A DNA stretch of 64,000 bases from Lama guanicoe (GCA_013239625.1 MU053365.1:2266115-2330114); one strand, 5' to 3'. Positions 1 to 12,528 are shown, numbered from the stretch's first letter. The notes: a model not told the origin generated them from the letters alone. A program made the numbers and translations.

Positions 1-199
1 AAGCAGGGCATGCAAGTGTTCTACTTCAAAAAAGTTTTCATTAATGAATATTTTATTTTATTTTGCATCTCATGCAAATGGAATAAAGAAACAAATGTTC
101 CTCACTTGTTATTATGCACTAAGCCTTATCTGATAAAAGCTTGGGCTGAAATAACAGATGGCTTCTGCTAGTTTGTCAGAGTAATATTTCTCAAACCAT

Positions 200-430
200 A
201 GAGTATAGTACAATGGGTCTTGATCAGACTTAACAACTTAGGATTTAGTCACAGCTTTTGCATTTTCCTGCTATGTGACCTTGAAAATAAAAGCACTTAA
301 CCTCTATAAACCTCATTTTCCTTATATATAAGACACAGATAATATTACTTGTCCTTGTCCCCTCATAAAATTGTAAGATTCACATGAAATATTGGAGGGC
401 CAAATCTCTCAACTGCAAGGCACTATGAAT
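200..430 (+). mobile_element. MIR SINE fragment
   Basis: Degenerate MIR core tgtgaccttg...cacttaacctct...cctcattttcc...gataatatt. Confidence 0.7.
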
Positions 431-560
431 GTGGAAGGTGTGAATATTAGATACGAATCAGCCAGTTGAGGCTGTATTAATTCAATCAACAGGAAGACAA
501 AATAACTATTTAAACTCTGTGCTTCTCTTGCAAAAAAAAAGTTGTTTTCTTATATCACAG

Positions 561-1000
561 AGTCAAGTCACAAGTATGAAATGCAATAAATGCATCTCCA
601 AGGCACAGTCACTGGGGAGGCAAAGTTCTACTGGGGAGTACGGGCGCCCTTACTCTTCTGAATGGTGTGGAAGAAGAGCTGTCAGTCCTCGTCACATCTT
701 GTTATCTTTCGGCAGTGGCGCTCTTTGGTATCGGAGCTGCCGCTTTGGTCTCCAGGGAGAGAGGCGCCATGCTTACGGTGCGGTGGGAGGTTTGCTGAGA
801 ACCGAGCGAAGCCATAGCAGCCCTTAGCAGCGTGGTGATTTAGTGCTTTCCTTAAATAATTTAACATTAATTTTTTTTAAAAAAATCATGTGCTGTAACA
901 AGTGTTTTAATGCTAAGAGAAGAAAAATAAAATGAGCTTTAAGTGTTTCTGCATGTTGCATACTATATTTCTTTGAAAATAAATCAGACTGTAGTTTTGA
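561..1000 (+). other. Candidate terminal exon and 3'UTR of an unidentified upstream gene
   Basis: Acceptor-like ttgtttttcttatatcacAG at 542-560. Early stops in two frames (xVKSQV* ending 579; xSSHKYEMQ* ending 589). Non-repetitive body. AATAAA at 926 and 978 followed by a GT-rich stretch. Gene not recognised. Confidence 0.3.
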
Positions 1001-1613
1001 CACCTGCACAGAGGAAAGAGAATCAGGAGAGAAGAAACTCAGACAGTGGTGAGATTTAAAAAAGTATGGACCAACCCAAAGCAGAGCTCTGGGGCAAAGA
1101 GGATGAGTTAGAGGGTTCTGCCTTAGCCAAAATGGCCAGGCCCTTGTACCTCTGCCATTTTCAGTCATTCCCTAAGACTTAGCTGGGAAGAATGTGGCCA
1201 GGGAGCTAAGATGGTTCCCGAAGAAGCCAACAGTGGGAGGCTGTGAGCTAGCTGCGTTCCTTGAACCTGAACAGCGAGTTCTTTCTTGCAGGGAGCTCCA
1301 GGCACACACATCCATGGCTGCCACGGTCGGTGCTGGAGGTCAGGAGAGAAAGAAACGCATTAGAAAGTGTCGTAGGGGTGAGGAATGACGAGCGCATTAG
1401 GTAAATGAAGTAGGGTTCCTGGGTAGCACGATCGTGTGTCCTTCTCAGTTCATGTTCGCCGACTGCAGTAGGTAAATGGAGAGTTGGATTTACCAGGGTT
1501 GGGATTTTCTTTTGAGTCAAACAGACGGCAAAGTTCGTACATTTCCATCCAGTTCCAACGTTTGACAGTTCTATGTGCACTAAGGTGATCTTTCACTCAA
1601 ATGGCTCCCACGT

Positions 1614-1828
1614 TGATTCTGGCAAAACATAGCCCATGGGTCAAATTTCACCTGGCTGTTTTCATAAATAAAGCTTTGTTGCAATACAGCCAAGCCCATT
1701 GTTTACATATTGTCTGTGTCCTTTATCACGCTACAGACAGAGGGTTGAGTCGTCACAACAGAGACTGTATGGTCTTCCAAGCCGAAAACATTTGCTTTCT
1801 GGACCTTTCAAGGCAGAGTTTGTCCCTG
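1614..1828 (+). mobile_element. MER58A-like hAT-Charlie MITE
   Basis: ggcaaaacatagcccatgggtcaaa...aataaagctttgttgcaatacagcc...gagactgtatgg...ctggaccttt...gtttgtccctg follows the MER58A layout. Confidence 0.8.
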
Positions 1829-3033
1829 GCTGAGGCTAATCCAGCTGGTCTTCCCTGTGGGTCCCTCCTAAAATTGTGGTTCCAAAGACAAGGAGAATTC
1901 TTTGATTGTGGACATCGGGGCACGTGTGATCCCTGCTAGATCTCTCAGGCCCTAGCAAATCGCTTAACATTTAGTCGGTACGTAATGTATTTCTGTTGCT
2001 TTAATCTGTGTTAAATATCTCAGTTTTGTATTAATTCATTTATTATACAAATATCCAATCGCCTCATCTGTGCAATGCCACTGGCATAGGGGCAGGGGAC
2101 ACAGCATATATTTTATGGCATCATTATTACCCAATGTATTATCACAACTATATACTTTATCCTATTTTCCAAGGGAAAATAACGCTATCCTTCCAAGATA
2201 CATTACCTTCTTACCTATAAATGATGACCAATGAATAATTTTGTATTAAATAAAATTACATGTAAGCCAATATTTGGAAAAGTCAAAGCTAGGATACTAA
2301 AATTTTGCTGAAATGTTTAGAGTGCACTTATTTTATGTGGAGTTTGCATGTCAAGTTTATAAGCAACTCCTATTTCTAGCTCCAGTCACTGCTGACGTGA
2401 ACGTTGTTTCGTAGCGCTCTTTCAGCAGGCATTTTATCAGTTAGTCATCTGGGTGTGAACTTTAGGAAACGGTGTGACATTCACAGTTCACATGCCCCAT
2501 CAGTTTGCAGAAAAGGGAGCTGAGACTAAAGGGCCAAGCTCTGTGCCTACAAGTTGGATGGAAGGAGATGACTTGCCACTTCCAGGAGAGTCTGGAGACT
2601 GGAGAGGAAAAAGGACTATGGACTGGGGAAATAACAAAGTCGGAGGCTGTTTTGGGGAGAGGTGACAGAGAAAAACTTGGAGGGCAATGCTAGAAGTGGG
2701 GAAGGGCAAGCGGTTCAGAAGAGAAGGTCATGGTTAGCTGGGGCTGAGTGATAAATTTCCCAAGAGCGGATCCAGTATTAGCATGGAAAGGGGTGCTTGC
2801 GCTCTGGACTGGAGAGAAGGAGGAGGCCCTGGCCCCTCCACCAGAAGAAAAGTCAGAGAACACACGCTGGAGACTCTGGACAGAATTGGGAACTTCCTGC
2901 GGCATGTTTGGCTTTCATCTGTAATCAGCAGATGTGACAGTTCTATTTAATGAACAGTTTCTGTTCATTAAAGTTCTTTCTATAACTTCATGCGGGTGGC
3001 GTGCTATGTGGGACAAGGATGAAGGTCAGCAGC

Positions 3034-3597
3034 TGTGATGGACTGAATTATGCCTCTATCCCAACTTTATATGTTGAAGCTCCAAACCCTGCTGTGGCTA
3101 TATTTGTTGTTGTTGTTGTTGTTGTTGTTGTTGGGCTATTTGTGGGGTGGTAGACAATTAGGTTTATTTATTTATTTATTTTTAATGGGAGTACCGGGGA
3201 TTGAACCCAGGACCTCACGCATGCTAGGCACGCACCCTACCACTGAGCTCTATCCTTCCCCAAGGCTGTATGTGGAGACAGGGCCTTTATGAAGGCACTT
3301 CAGGTTAAATGAGGTTGAAAGAGTGGGGTTCTACTCCAATAGAACTGGTGTCTTCAGAAGAAGAGGAAGGGACTCGCGAGAGCTCTCTTCCTGCGCAGGC
3401 GCAGAGCAGAGGCCACGTGAGGATGCGGCGAGAACGCGGTCATCGATAAGCCAGCGAGAGGGCTCGCACCAGAAACGGAATCCGCCCCACCTCCATCTGG
3501 GGCTTCCAGCCTCCGAAACCGTGAGAAAATACATTTCTGTTCTTTAGGCCACCCAGTCCGTGGCATTTTATTATGGCAGCCCAAACACACTAATACA
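3034..3597 (+). mobile_element. MLT1A/B-like MaLR LTR interrupted by a SINE
   Basis: tgtgatggactgaatt start; ggagacagggccttt...gttaaatgagg; ends aatacatttctgtt...ggcattttattatggcagccc...ctaataca. Confidence 0.85.
3103..3261 (-). mobile_element. Camelid tRNA-Ala-derived SINE (Vic-1-like)
   Basis: Minus strand reads ggggaaggatagagctcagtggtagggtgcgtgcctagcatgcgtgaggtcctgggttcaatccccggtactccc, then aaataaacctaatt and a (CAA)n tail. Imperfect flanking duplication ggctatattt/ggctgtatgt. Confidence 0.9.
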
Positions 3598-4049
3598 ACC
3601 GCCCACTGTCTTCTAGATAAGGATTAATGCCCAGGAAAGCTCGACACACATAGAAAAATAAAGCCAGACTAAATGCAGAGCGACCCCTGACCACACTTGA
3701 GTGTGTAGGACGGACTGAATGCCAGGAGATCGAGTTACAAGGGTGTCTTCCTAAAGCACGTCACCCTCACAGGTCGTCGTGGGCTACCGCCTGCAGGGCC
3801 ATAGCTACCGGACAAACGCCATATGCTGTAAGCTGCCTTACAGAAGTTTCCACAGTCCCGCTCCAAATTAAAATTGGAGGCCACCAGCGAGGCCCCCTTC
3901 TACCCAGACACCCTAAACTCGGCTGGACCACTTGCACTCGTGAACACACCACTCTCTTGTGCACGTCAGTGACTCTGCGTCATCACCCAACCTAGGACAT
4001 CCTCCCCCACATCCAGCCCCCACTCCTCAGCTCCCTGCCACACATCTCC

Positions 4050-4310
4050 TCCTCCCCGGCCCAGCTCAGTGTCACTGTTTGCATCTCTCATACCTCAGCT
4101 GGAACTAATTGCTCCCTCATCTTTGTCCCGATGTATATTTCCCTTCAATAGCACTGGTCACATTAAATTGCAGTTTCTTTTCAGCGTCCACCCCCAAGAA
4201 AGAACAATCTCTTCAAAGCAGAGAACGTATCTTACTCATCTCTGAGAGGAGAACAATACCAGCTCGATAAAAGCTGCCAAATGAACGTTGGACAAATTTA
4301 CATAAATGTT
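4050..4310 (+). mobile_element. L2 3' fragment
   Basis: tagcactggtcacatt...caaagcagagaacgtatcttactcatctctg...aatgaacgttgg, typical of an L2 3' end. Confidence 0.6.
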
Positions 4311-5244
4311 GAAGAAGATCAGTATTAAAGAGCAACGAGGCCCCTTGGGCCTAGATAAATGAGTAACATGCCAGGATACTCATGCAAGATTCCATCCTGT
4401 AGCTAAACCACACAGTCGTCATCAAGAGTGTTAAACTGGTAAGAAATCACAGTTTTACAAAGAGAAAAATCCATGATTCTGGCTAATGTTTAGCAGGAAT
4501 CGGGGCTAAAGAACAGGCTGCAAATACCTGTGAGTTAGAAAAAAGCAAAGTAATCCAATGGCTTCCTCATTTGTAAAATGAAAGATTTAGCCAGGATGAC
4601 TTCTAAGGGCCTTCCAAAGTCCACGTTCTTTGTATGATTTGCCAGACAGGCGAGACAATACTTATCTCTCCAGCCCCAGGTCCATTATTTTGCACTTATG
4701 ATCAGCTGAAGAAATCAACGCCTCGTCACCACCAACGAGATGGTTAACTGGAAAGGGCTAGGTTGAAAGTAAGCTTTTTTTTAAAAAAAAAAAAAAAAAA
4801 GACCCAAAACCCAGTGCTGCACTCGATTATGCAGCTGTCTGCCTGGGCTGCCTCCCTGGACCCAACAAGCCGTCAGATTTAATGACGGGGGTGAGCTGGG
4901 GGCATTTCCCACATGTTTAAATATCAGCAAGCCTGACAGGCCACCGCTTCCTGAGGCACTGGGACCAATGCAAAATAGGCATCAGATTTCAAACGTGGAA
5001 CCAACCAAAGCACTGTTTTTAAGAAACATAAGCCAAGTAGTGTGCCTTTCCGGCAGAAGTGTCTTATCCAGAGAGTTGACCCAATTTAAATGAATCTACT
5101 TTGGAAATGCAACGACACTGTCAAATTAAATTGCTAATTGCTTAACTACTTCACAGTAATGGTACAGACCCAATTCGCGTAGATCTTCACGAGGAGCTAT
5201 TATCATCTAAGTTACGTCAAGACAAGCTATTAGGAACAGACTCC

Positions 5245-5330
5245 TAGAAATGTAAAGTAGGAGGAACTTCAGAGGTCACACTCATTTTACAGATGAGAAA
5301 ACTGAAATCTAAAGAGGCTTAGCCGCTTCA
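5245..5330 (-). mobile_element. MIR fragment
   Basis: ctcattttacagatgagaaaactgaa. Confidence 0.7.
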
Positions 5331-5449
5331 CCATGGGCGTGTTCCGTCTCGTATGTGAAGGCGTTACGGCACACAGGCGTCGTGCACTTCTGCAAATGTA
5401 TTCAGGACATCGCAGACTTCAGAATTAGACTTATTCATGTAAAAAAAAA

Positions 5450-5955
5450 ATCATATAAACACCCCTCACCACCCACATGCAACCTCTGATTGTTCATAGG
5501 ATAGAGTACATGCTCCTTAACTTGGAACGCAAGATCATGTTGGACTTGGCCTCTTCCACGTTTGGGGCAGCACTCACCCCTGCTCCTCCCTGCCCTGGAT
5601 TTAACTCTGCAACAGCTCAACAATTCTTGTTTGTCCCCGTAAATGCTTGTCATCGCTCACCTTTCCTTGCTCTCTGGAATGCCTGCTTTGCTCAACTTTT
5701 AGTCTTTTTTGTATACCCAGACCTTTAATCCCTGACTTCAATAAACCTCCCGAGAGAGTCCCTTTCAGAACCAATCTCTGCTTTTGCTCCCACTCTTAGC
5801 GCTATTATTAGAGTCCTGGTCACATCCCGCCTTACATTTAGAGGTCATCTTCACATATGTCTCTCCACGTTATCTTAGGTTTGGGAACCCCCAAGATTCC
5901 TAGTATGGAGCTTGGCATATAGTAATTTCTCAATCAAGTCTATTTGTTTGCATTT
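5450..5955 (+). mobile_element. L2 fragment
   Basis: gattgttcataggatagagtacatgctcctt...ctctggaatgcc...ttcctagtatggagcttggcatatagtaatttctcaat. Confidence 0.6.
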
Positions 5956-6629
5956 TAAATGAGGATATAGGTGGGGCAGAGGGCACAAGGCCTCTTGCTG
6001 TCTAAGGTCTCCAGGCAAAGATGCGAAGCAGCCAATGCAGGTGTGTCCTGCCTTTCTGTTCCACATATTTCCCCACATCTTAGATCTAACACCCTCATGC
6101 TGGCCGATTGGCTTCTCCCAAAGTGCTCTGTGAGCTCCAAAAATTACCTCTCCCCTGCTGCTTCCTCAAATCCAATTCCAAACCTCCATTCTCTCAGTGT
6201 AACTGATCTCAGTTTGGCTTGAGGAAGAAAGCAATTCATTCCAGGTAATACCCGCAGGGGTGTGGGTGGTGGGACAGACCTCTGTGTGTATCAACTGAAA
6301 GCTCACAGGAAACGCTTCGTGGGAAGCAATTAAGGAGATTCAGAGTTGCACTCACCAGCACATTGGTTCATTTCTCTCCTCTTGCCAAATGAATGAATGT
6401 TCTTCAGTATATTGGATTCAGCCATGAGAGCCTGTTCTTTCTATAAAAGTGGCTCTATCCATACGGTACTATACAGGAATTGGGGCATGGTTAAGCCTAG
6501 GCAATAGTTAGTTAATCTAGTTAGTCTCTTTTAGTTAGTCCCAATGAGCTATGAATAAAAGCTATAGACAGCTCTATGGAATGACCTTGGAATCAGAAGA
6601 CTTGTGTGTAAGTCTTGGCTCCACCAGGG

Positions 6630-7030
6630 TGTCTGTCAGTTTAGATCCTCCAGAAAGAAGACACCAAGACAGAACTGTGGTAGGTGAGGGGAAAGAGAGG
6701 GCAGGAACAGGCAGGAAAAGCTTGCAGAGAATGAGTGAAAGGAGGGAGGAGGAAAGGAGGATTGGTTAGGAAGAGCGTCAGACTGTAGTGTAGGTTTTAG
6801 AATGGCTCATCCAGCCCAAGAGACTCGGAATGCTAGGCAGAAAGAGCCAGACCCCAGCACTCCGTAGGGCTCAGCCATTGACTAGAGCTGCCTAAGGAAA
6901 TCCTATCCTGGGCTTGAATGCTGCAATGGAGACCAAAAGCACTACATCTGGAAGTTCCCAACTGACTGTACTTTTTATGGAAAGTTCTGTCTTGAAAAAT
7001 CTGAGCGGCACACCTCCATGGCTGCACACA
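6630..7030 (-). mobile_element. LTR16A-like ERVL LTR
   Basis: gatcctccagaaagaagacaccaagac...ggaaaggaggattggttaggaagagcgtcagactg...atctgagcggcacacctccatggctgcaca. Confidence 0.75.
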
Positions 7031-7259
7031 ATGGAAGTCATTTACTCTTAGCACATTTCTACTTCCCCCACTGCAAAATGAAGGAAACAAGACTTACCAA
7101 TCACATTGAGCAAATAAATCAATCTGATTTATTATTGATTGGTTAGTTTTGCTCTGTCAGAGTAGGGGATTTGTGTACAGTACAGGCTTCCTAGGGAAGC
7201 ACAGTTTAGGTAACACTCTGTCAAATGAAAGGATGACATAGTTTTAGAACTTGTTTAGA

Positions 7260-7262
<3 letters not shown>

Positions 7263-7294
<32 letters not shown>
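7263..7294. repeat. (TG)16 microsatellite
   Basis: Direct reading. Confidence 0.97.
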
Positions 7295-7295
<1 letters not shown>

Positions 7296-7329
7296 ATGTT
7301 TAATCAAACAACACTTCAGTATATCTTTA

Positions 7330-7540
7330 TAACTGCACAACTTCCAAATCACTTTTGTATACATTAATTAATTTGCTTGTTACAATATTGTAGACCTATA
7401 GTTTACTGTCCCTACTTGAAAAGGAGAAAACTGAGACTTAGGTTACCTAGGTCATGGCTGCAGAGCTGGTAAGTGCTGGAACTGTTTCAAATCAGGATCT
7501 TCTGATTGTAATCTCAGTGTTTTTCCTATGGCTTCACCAT
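7330..7540 (-). mobile_element. MIR
   Basis: gagaaaactgagacttaggttacctaggtcatggctgcagagctggtaagtg...caggatcttctga. Confidence 0.75.
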
Positions 7541-7809
7541 GTGTCTTAAGAAAAACAGAACAAGTGGCAGAATGAGGCAAAAGTCCACCAGACAACTGAT
7601 TTGGGATTTGAAGGGGACTTTTCAGACATTTTCAGATGTATCTGTCAACAGCACTATAGGCTGAGCCTACTTTGAGGTCCAATTACATTGTGCTTGATAC
7701 ACCGAAAAGGTATGTGTCAACCGATGTGTTGTTTCAATCGGTACTAGAGACTCCGAAGAATTCTTGGACCCTGCATCCAAGTCAGCAATAGACTTTCACT
7801 CAATAAAAC

Positions 7810-8310
7810 AGTTTTATTAAGACATAATTCACATACCATACAACTCTCTCAGAGTGTACCATTCAGTGATTTTTAGTATATTCGTGGAGTTGTGCAACCA
7901 GCACCACAATCATTTTTCGTCACAATAATTTAATCAGCCTCCGAAAGAAAGCTTGTATTCATCAGCAGTCTCTCCCAATCCCCCCCGGTCTTTTGTGTCC
8001 TGGCTCCTTTCATTTAGCAGAGTGTTTTCAAGGTTCATCCATGTTGTAGCAAGACCTGCACGTTGTAGCCGCATTTCACTCATTTTTATGGCCAACTCAC
8101 ATTCCACTGTATTGGAATGCCATATTTTGTTTATTCATTCATCAGTTGATGGACATTTGGGTTGCTTTCACTGTTTGGCGATTATGGATAATGCGGCTAT
8201 GAACATTCATGTACAAGTTTTTGCATCAACGTGTTTTAATTTCTCTTAAGTATACACCTGTGAGTGGCATTGCTGAGTCATATAACTACACGTTCAATCT
8301 TTTAAAAAGC
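7810..8310 (-). mobile_element. L1MB-like LINE-1 3' end
   Basis: ttttattaagacataattcacataccat...aaggttcatccatgttgtagc...tcagttgatggacatttgggttg...atgaacattcatgtacaag. Confidence 0.9.
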
Positions 8311-8814
8311 AGCAACAGACTTAAAATCTATGAGGCATCTGGAGGTGACAGTTTCAGAAAGGGTTCTTCTCTGCACTAGGACAGGAACAACTCAGCATCA
8401 GTGGCTGGTAGAAGTTGTTGAGATCTCCTAGATCTGATCTGGTGGCTTCATTTTTCTCCAGTTCTGGGGATACAACATACTGCCAGCTCCAAAGGCCTCT
8501 TTCAAGTTCTTTAATAAGTTTAGACTCCTTCCTGTCTCAGGACTTTTGCACTTGCTGAGTCTTCTGCCTTGGGACGGTCTTCCTCTGCGTGGTCACATGC
8601 TCACTTCTTTGTTCATCATCACTTCAGCTCAAATATCTCCCTTCAGCCAGTCTAAAGTACATCACACTCAACATTGTTCTCTTATCTTTTATTTTTCTCC
8701 ATACCACTTACTACCATCTGATATATTAGATATACCTGCTATATATATATATACACATAGTATAATATATGTGTACAATATTATATACATATTACAGAAT
8801 ATGCTTCTTCAAAA

Positions 8815-9110
8815 TTGACCATTATTGCCTGCTCTGTGAAATGGGTCTGAGAGCTTTAAGCAGTTTTCCTCCTCTCCGACATGATGTTAAGTTTGATCAA
8901 CAGAGGGCGCTGGGGAGACACCGTTGGAGAAAGGAATTTTGTCTCGGGGTTCCTGTGTGCACTCTTGCTAGCTCTCTGCGCATCAGTAGCTCCCGCAGCC
9001 ACGGCTTCCCCAGAGCCCAGCTCCCCCAGCGCGTCCAGATGCCCTAGTGCCCATCTCCTGTAGCACTTACAGCTCCATTGTCCTGTTCCTACAGGCACTG
9101 TGGCCGCCAT
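8815..9110 (+). mobile_element. LTR41/LTR33-like ERVL LTR fragment
   Basis: gatgttaagtttgatcaacagagggcgctggggagacac resembles the LTR41 segment. Confidence 0.5.
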
Positions 9111-9234
9111 CACCCAGCTATTGTATTGTTGGGTATTTGGTTTCCATTACGGTGATTGAAGTGACAGCTCATGGAAAAAAATTGTCATTTTTTCTTTGGT
9201 TTTGTTTGGCTTGGTTTGGTTTTCTTCCCCCCTC

Positions 9235-10902
9235 CCCAACTTTACTGACGTGTAACTGGCAAATAATTATTGCATATATTTGAGGTGTACAAGCTGATGT
9301 TTTGATATGCATATACATTGTGAAGTAATCACCAAAATCAAGCTAATTAACATACCTATCACCTCACATAGTCACCATTTTCTTTTTGTGTGTGGTGAGA
9401 ACACTTAACATTTACCTTCTTTGCAAATTTTAAGTTTACAATAAAGTAAGTCCACCCCCTTCTCTCATTCCCCAGCCCCTGGCAATGACCAATCTATTCT
9501 GTGAGTTCAACGTTTTTAGATACTATATATAAGTGAGATCATAGAACACTTGTCTTTCTCTGACTTAATTCACTTAACACATACCCTCAAAGCATCCATG
9601 TTGTCTCATTGGCAGGATTTTCTTAATTTTTATGGCTGAATAATATTTCACTGTGCATGTATCACATTTTCTTTATCCATTCATCTCTTGAATACACTTA
9701 CGTTGTTTCCATGTCTTGACTATTGTGAATAATGCTGCAATGAAGATGGGAGTGCAGGTATCTCTTTGAGATAGTGATATTGTTTCCTTCATTTATGCCC
9801 AGTAGTAGGAATGCTCAATCATATAGTAGTTGTATTTTTAGTTTTTTGAGGAACGTCCATACTGTTCTCCATAGTGGCTGCACCAATTTGCATTCCCACC
9901 AACAGTGCAGGAGAACTCCATTTTCTCTGCATCTTCTTCAGCACTGGTTATCTCTTGGGGTTTTTTTTTTTATTTGTTTGTTTGTTTTATAATAGCCACT
10001 CTAACAAGTATGAGGTACTATCTCATTGTGGTTTTGATTTGCATTTGCCTGATGATTAGTGATGTTGAGCATCTTTTCATGTACCTGTTGGTCATTTAAA
10101 TAGCTTCTTTGAAAAATGTGTATTCAGGTCCTTTACTCATTTTTTATTTGGGTGATTTGTGTTTTTGTTATTGAATTGTATCAGTTCCTTATATACTTTG
10201 GATATTAACCACTTATCAGATATACAGTTTATAAATATATTGTCCCATTCCATAGATGATTGCTTTTTGATTTTGTTGATCTTTTCTTTTGCTATATAGA
10301 AGCTTTTTAGTTTGATGTAGTCCCAAGTGGGGTTTTTTGGTTTGTTGTTTGTTTTTATTTTGATTTTTGTTTTGTTTTTGCTTTTCTTCCTTGTGTTTTT
10401 GCGTTATATCTAAAAAACCAATGTCAAGATCAGTATCAAGGAGATTTTTCCTGTGTTTTCTTCTAGGAGTTTTATGGTTTCAGGTCTTACGTCTTTAATG
10501 TATTTCAAGTTATTTTTGTGAATGGTGTTAGATAGTGGTCCAATTTCATTATTTTGCAAGTGAATATCCAATTTGGCCAACATTATTTATTGAAGATACC
10601 ATATTTTCCCCGTTGAGCATTCTTGGCTTTATTATAAAAATTAGTTGACCATATAAGTATGGCTTAATTTCTGGCATTGGGTTCCTTGGTCTATGTGTCA
10701 GTTTTTAGGCTAGTACCACACTGTTTGATTGCTATAGCTTTGTAATATAGTTTGAAATCAGGAAGTGTGATGTCTGCAACTTTGTTCTTCTTTCTCAGGA
10801 TTCCTTTTCCTACCCAGGTCTTTTGCAGTTCCATATTAATTTTAGGATTCTTCTTTTATTTCTATAAAAAATTCCATTGGAATTTTGATAGAAATTACAT
10901 TG
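9235..10902 (-). mobile_element. L1MA9-like LINE-1, 5'-truncated (3'UTR plus decayed ORF2 C-terminus)
   Basis: atcaagctaattaacatacctatcacctcacatagt 3'UTR signature; gtggctgcaccaatttgcattcccaccaacagtg; tagtttgaaatcaggaagtgtgatg. Confidence 0.93.
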
Positions 10903-11569
10903 TGAGGCCCACATGGTGATATAAGGAAGAATCAAGTTGAGAATAAGAGAATACGGTTCAGCACTGCCCCAGCTGAACTGTGTTCAGCCTGCAGTATCTG
11001 GATGTGATCATGTCCATTTTTATTGTCCTTTTACATCTGCTAATGTTTCCTTAGGAATGTATCAAAAGGACATTGTCATGTTTGGGAAAGTTGAGGGAAA
11101 AATATAGGTGAAGTGGCTAGTGTTCCTTCAGAATTTGAATTGGGAGCAGGAGTTTGGGTCTAAAGACAGCCATAAGCCTTCCTGGAAACCTGTATCTGTA
11201 TCTATGAATCTGTCTATCTATATTATCTATACATATATACTCTACATATTCTAAAATGTGTGGGGTTCCCTGTATATATGAGAGATGGGGATATTTGGGA
11301 GATGGTTCTTAAAGGGACTCTGGAAGGTTTACAGGCTAGAGGACACCCAGAATGTATTCTGTTGATTCACTCTAAAACCTCCATGGCAAGACTCATTATC
11401 ATTATGCGTTCATACAAATCTTCTTTTTAACCTTCTCCATAAGTATTTCCAGAACCTGGTTCCCATGTTCATAAAATTAGCTTGTCTTAGTACTGGTGTT
11501 CTCTGTAGGCAAAAATTCTAAATGCCAAAGTAACAGGAAAGGAATATTCTCTGTCAGGCCTAAATCTTT

Positions 11570-12525
11570 CACATAAGAGAGGTCACGGATGAGGATACAA
11601 GTACAGATAATATTTCAACTCATAGGCATGACTAGGAGTGAGGGTAGACAGTACCACACTGAGTCTTGGGGCACTAGAACCCTCAGAGACGAAGGAGATG
11701 TGGGGCAGACAATAAAGTGGAAGTGGGAAGAGGTTGCCAGGGCCATAAGAGTAAGACCAAGAGGGTGTGGGTTCCTAGAAGTCAAGCAAACAGTGCTGGG
11801 CCAAAGCAAATATGTACACCCTGATATACATGCTTTGGCTGTACTTTTTAAATTGCTCCATTTTTTCCATAATAATAAAGTAGAAGAAAAATAGTTTGAA
11901 AATAGTATTTATATGAATTTGTTTCCATTAGAGCCAGGAAAGTGAAATTTAAAAAAAAAATAGGGGCATAAATAAAATATTTTAAATTAAAATAATATTA
12001 TGAGTTTTATTACATTTAAAATTGTTCAGTATTTTGGAAAATACATTAAAATACATACATAAATATGTGTGTGTGTATATATACAAAATATATACGCACA
12101 TATACAGGGGCATGTGTAATGGGCCACAGCCTCCATTACGGCGTGGCATGGCACTGTTAGGTCCCATCTTCATTTAAAACATTGATGTTTTTCATCATAG
12201 ATTTTTTTAAATTGATTTTGACTTTTTGAAGTATTGTATTGAAATATTACGTATATTGATTACTGAGTTTTTGAAGCATCCCTTAAATTTTGCCTGAGGT
12301 AAGGGAAGCATTCACTCGTCTCCTCCTAATCCCAGCTCCGCAAGTGAAGAAAGCATCATAAGGAAGAGAGAGCAATTTACTGGGACAGATGCTGCTTGGA
12401 TGGCTAAGTCAGCTGGGGGTGGAACACTGGTCACTGGGTTTAGCAGCATGGGAGCCATTGGTGACTTTGACAAGAACAGTTTCAGTGAAGTATTGGGGGT
12501 GAAATCCTGACTAGAGTAGATCCAA
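11570..12525 (-). mobile_element. L2 fragments split by hAT-Tip100 MITEs
   Basis: ggttcctagaagtcaagc...aagtgaagaaagc...ggtttagcagcatgggagccattggtgactttgacaagaacagtttcagtg. Confidence 0.65.
12105..12340 (-). mobile_element. MER96B-like hAT-Tip100 element
   Basis: tcatcatagattttttt...gattactgagttttt...cccttaaattttgcctgagg...ttcactcgtctcctcctaatcccagc. Confidence 0.7.
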
Positions 12526-12528
12526 GAT

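Noticed and set aside
1935..2105. Tail-to-tail L2 ends, the arrangement behind miR-28/miR-151-type hairpins
   Set aside because: Arms are too diverged to pair convincingly on manual comparison
3050..3292. ORF with a poly-Leu signal-peptide-like stretch
   Set aside because: The Leu run is the (TTG)n SINE tail read in frame
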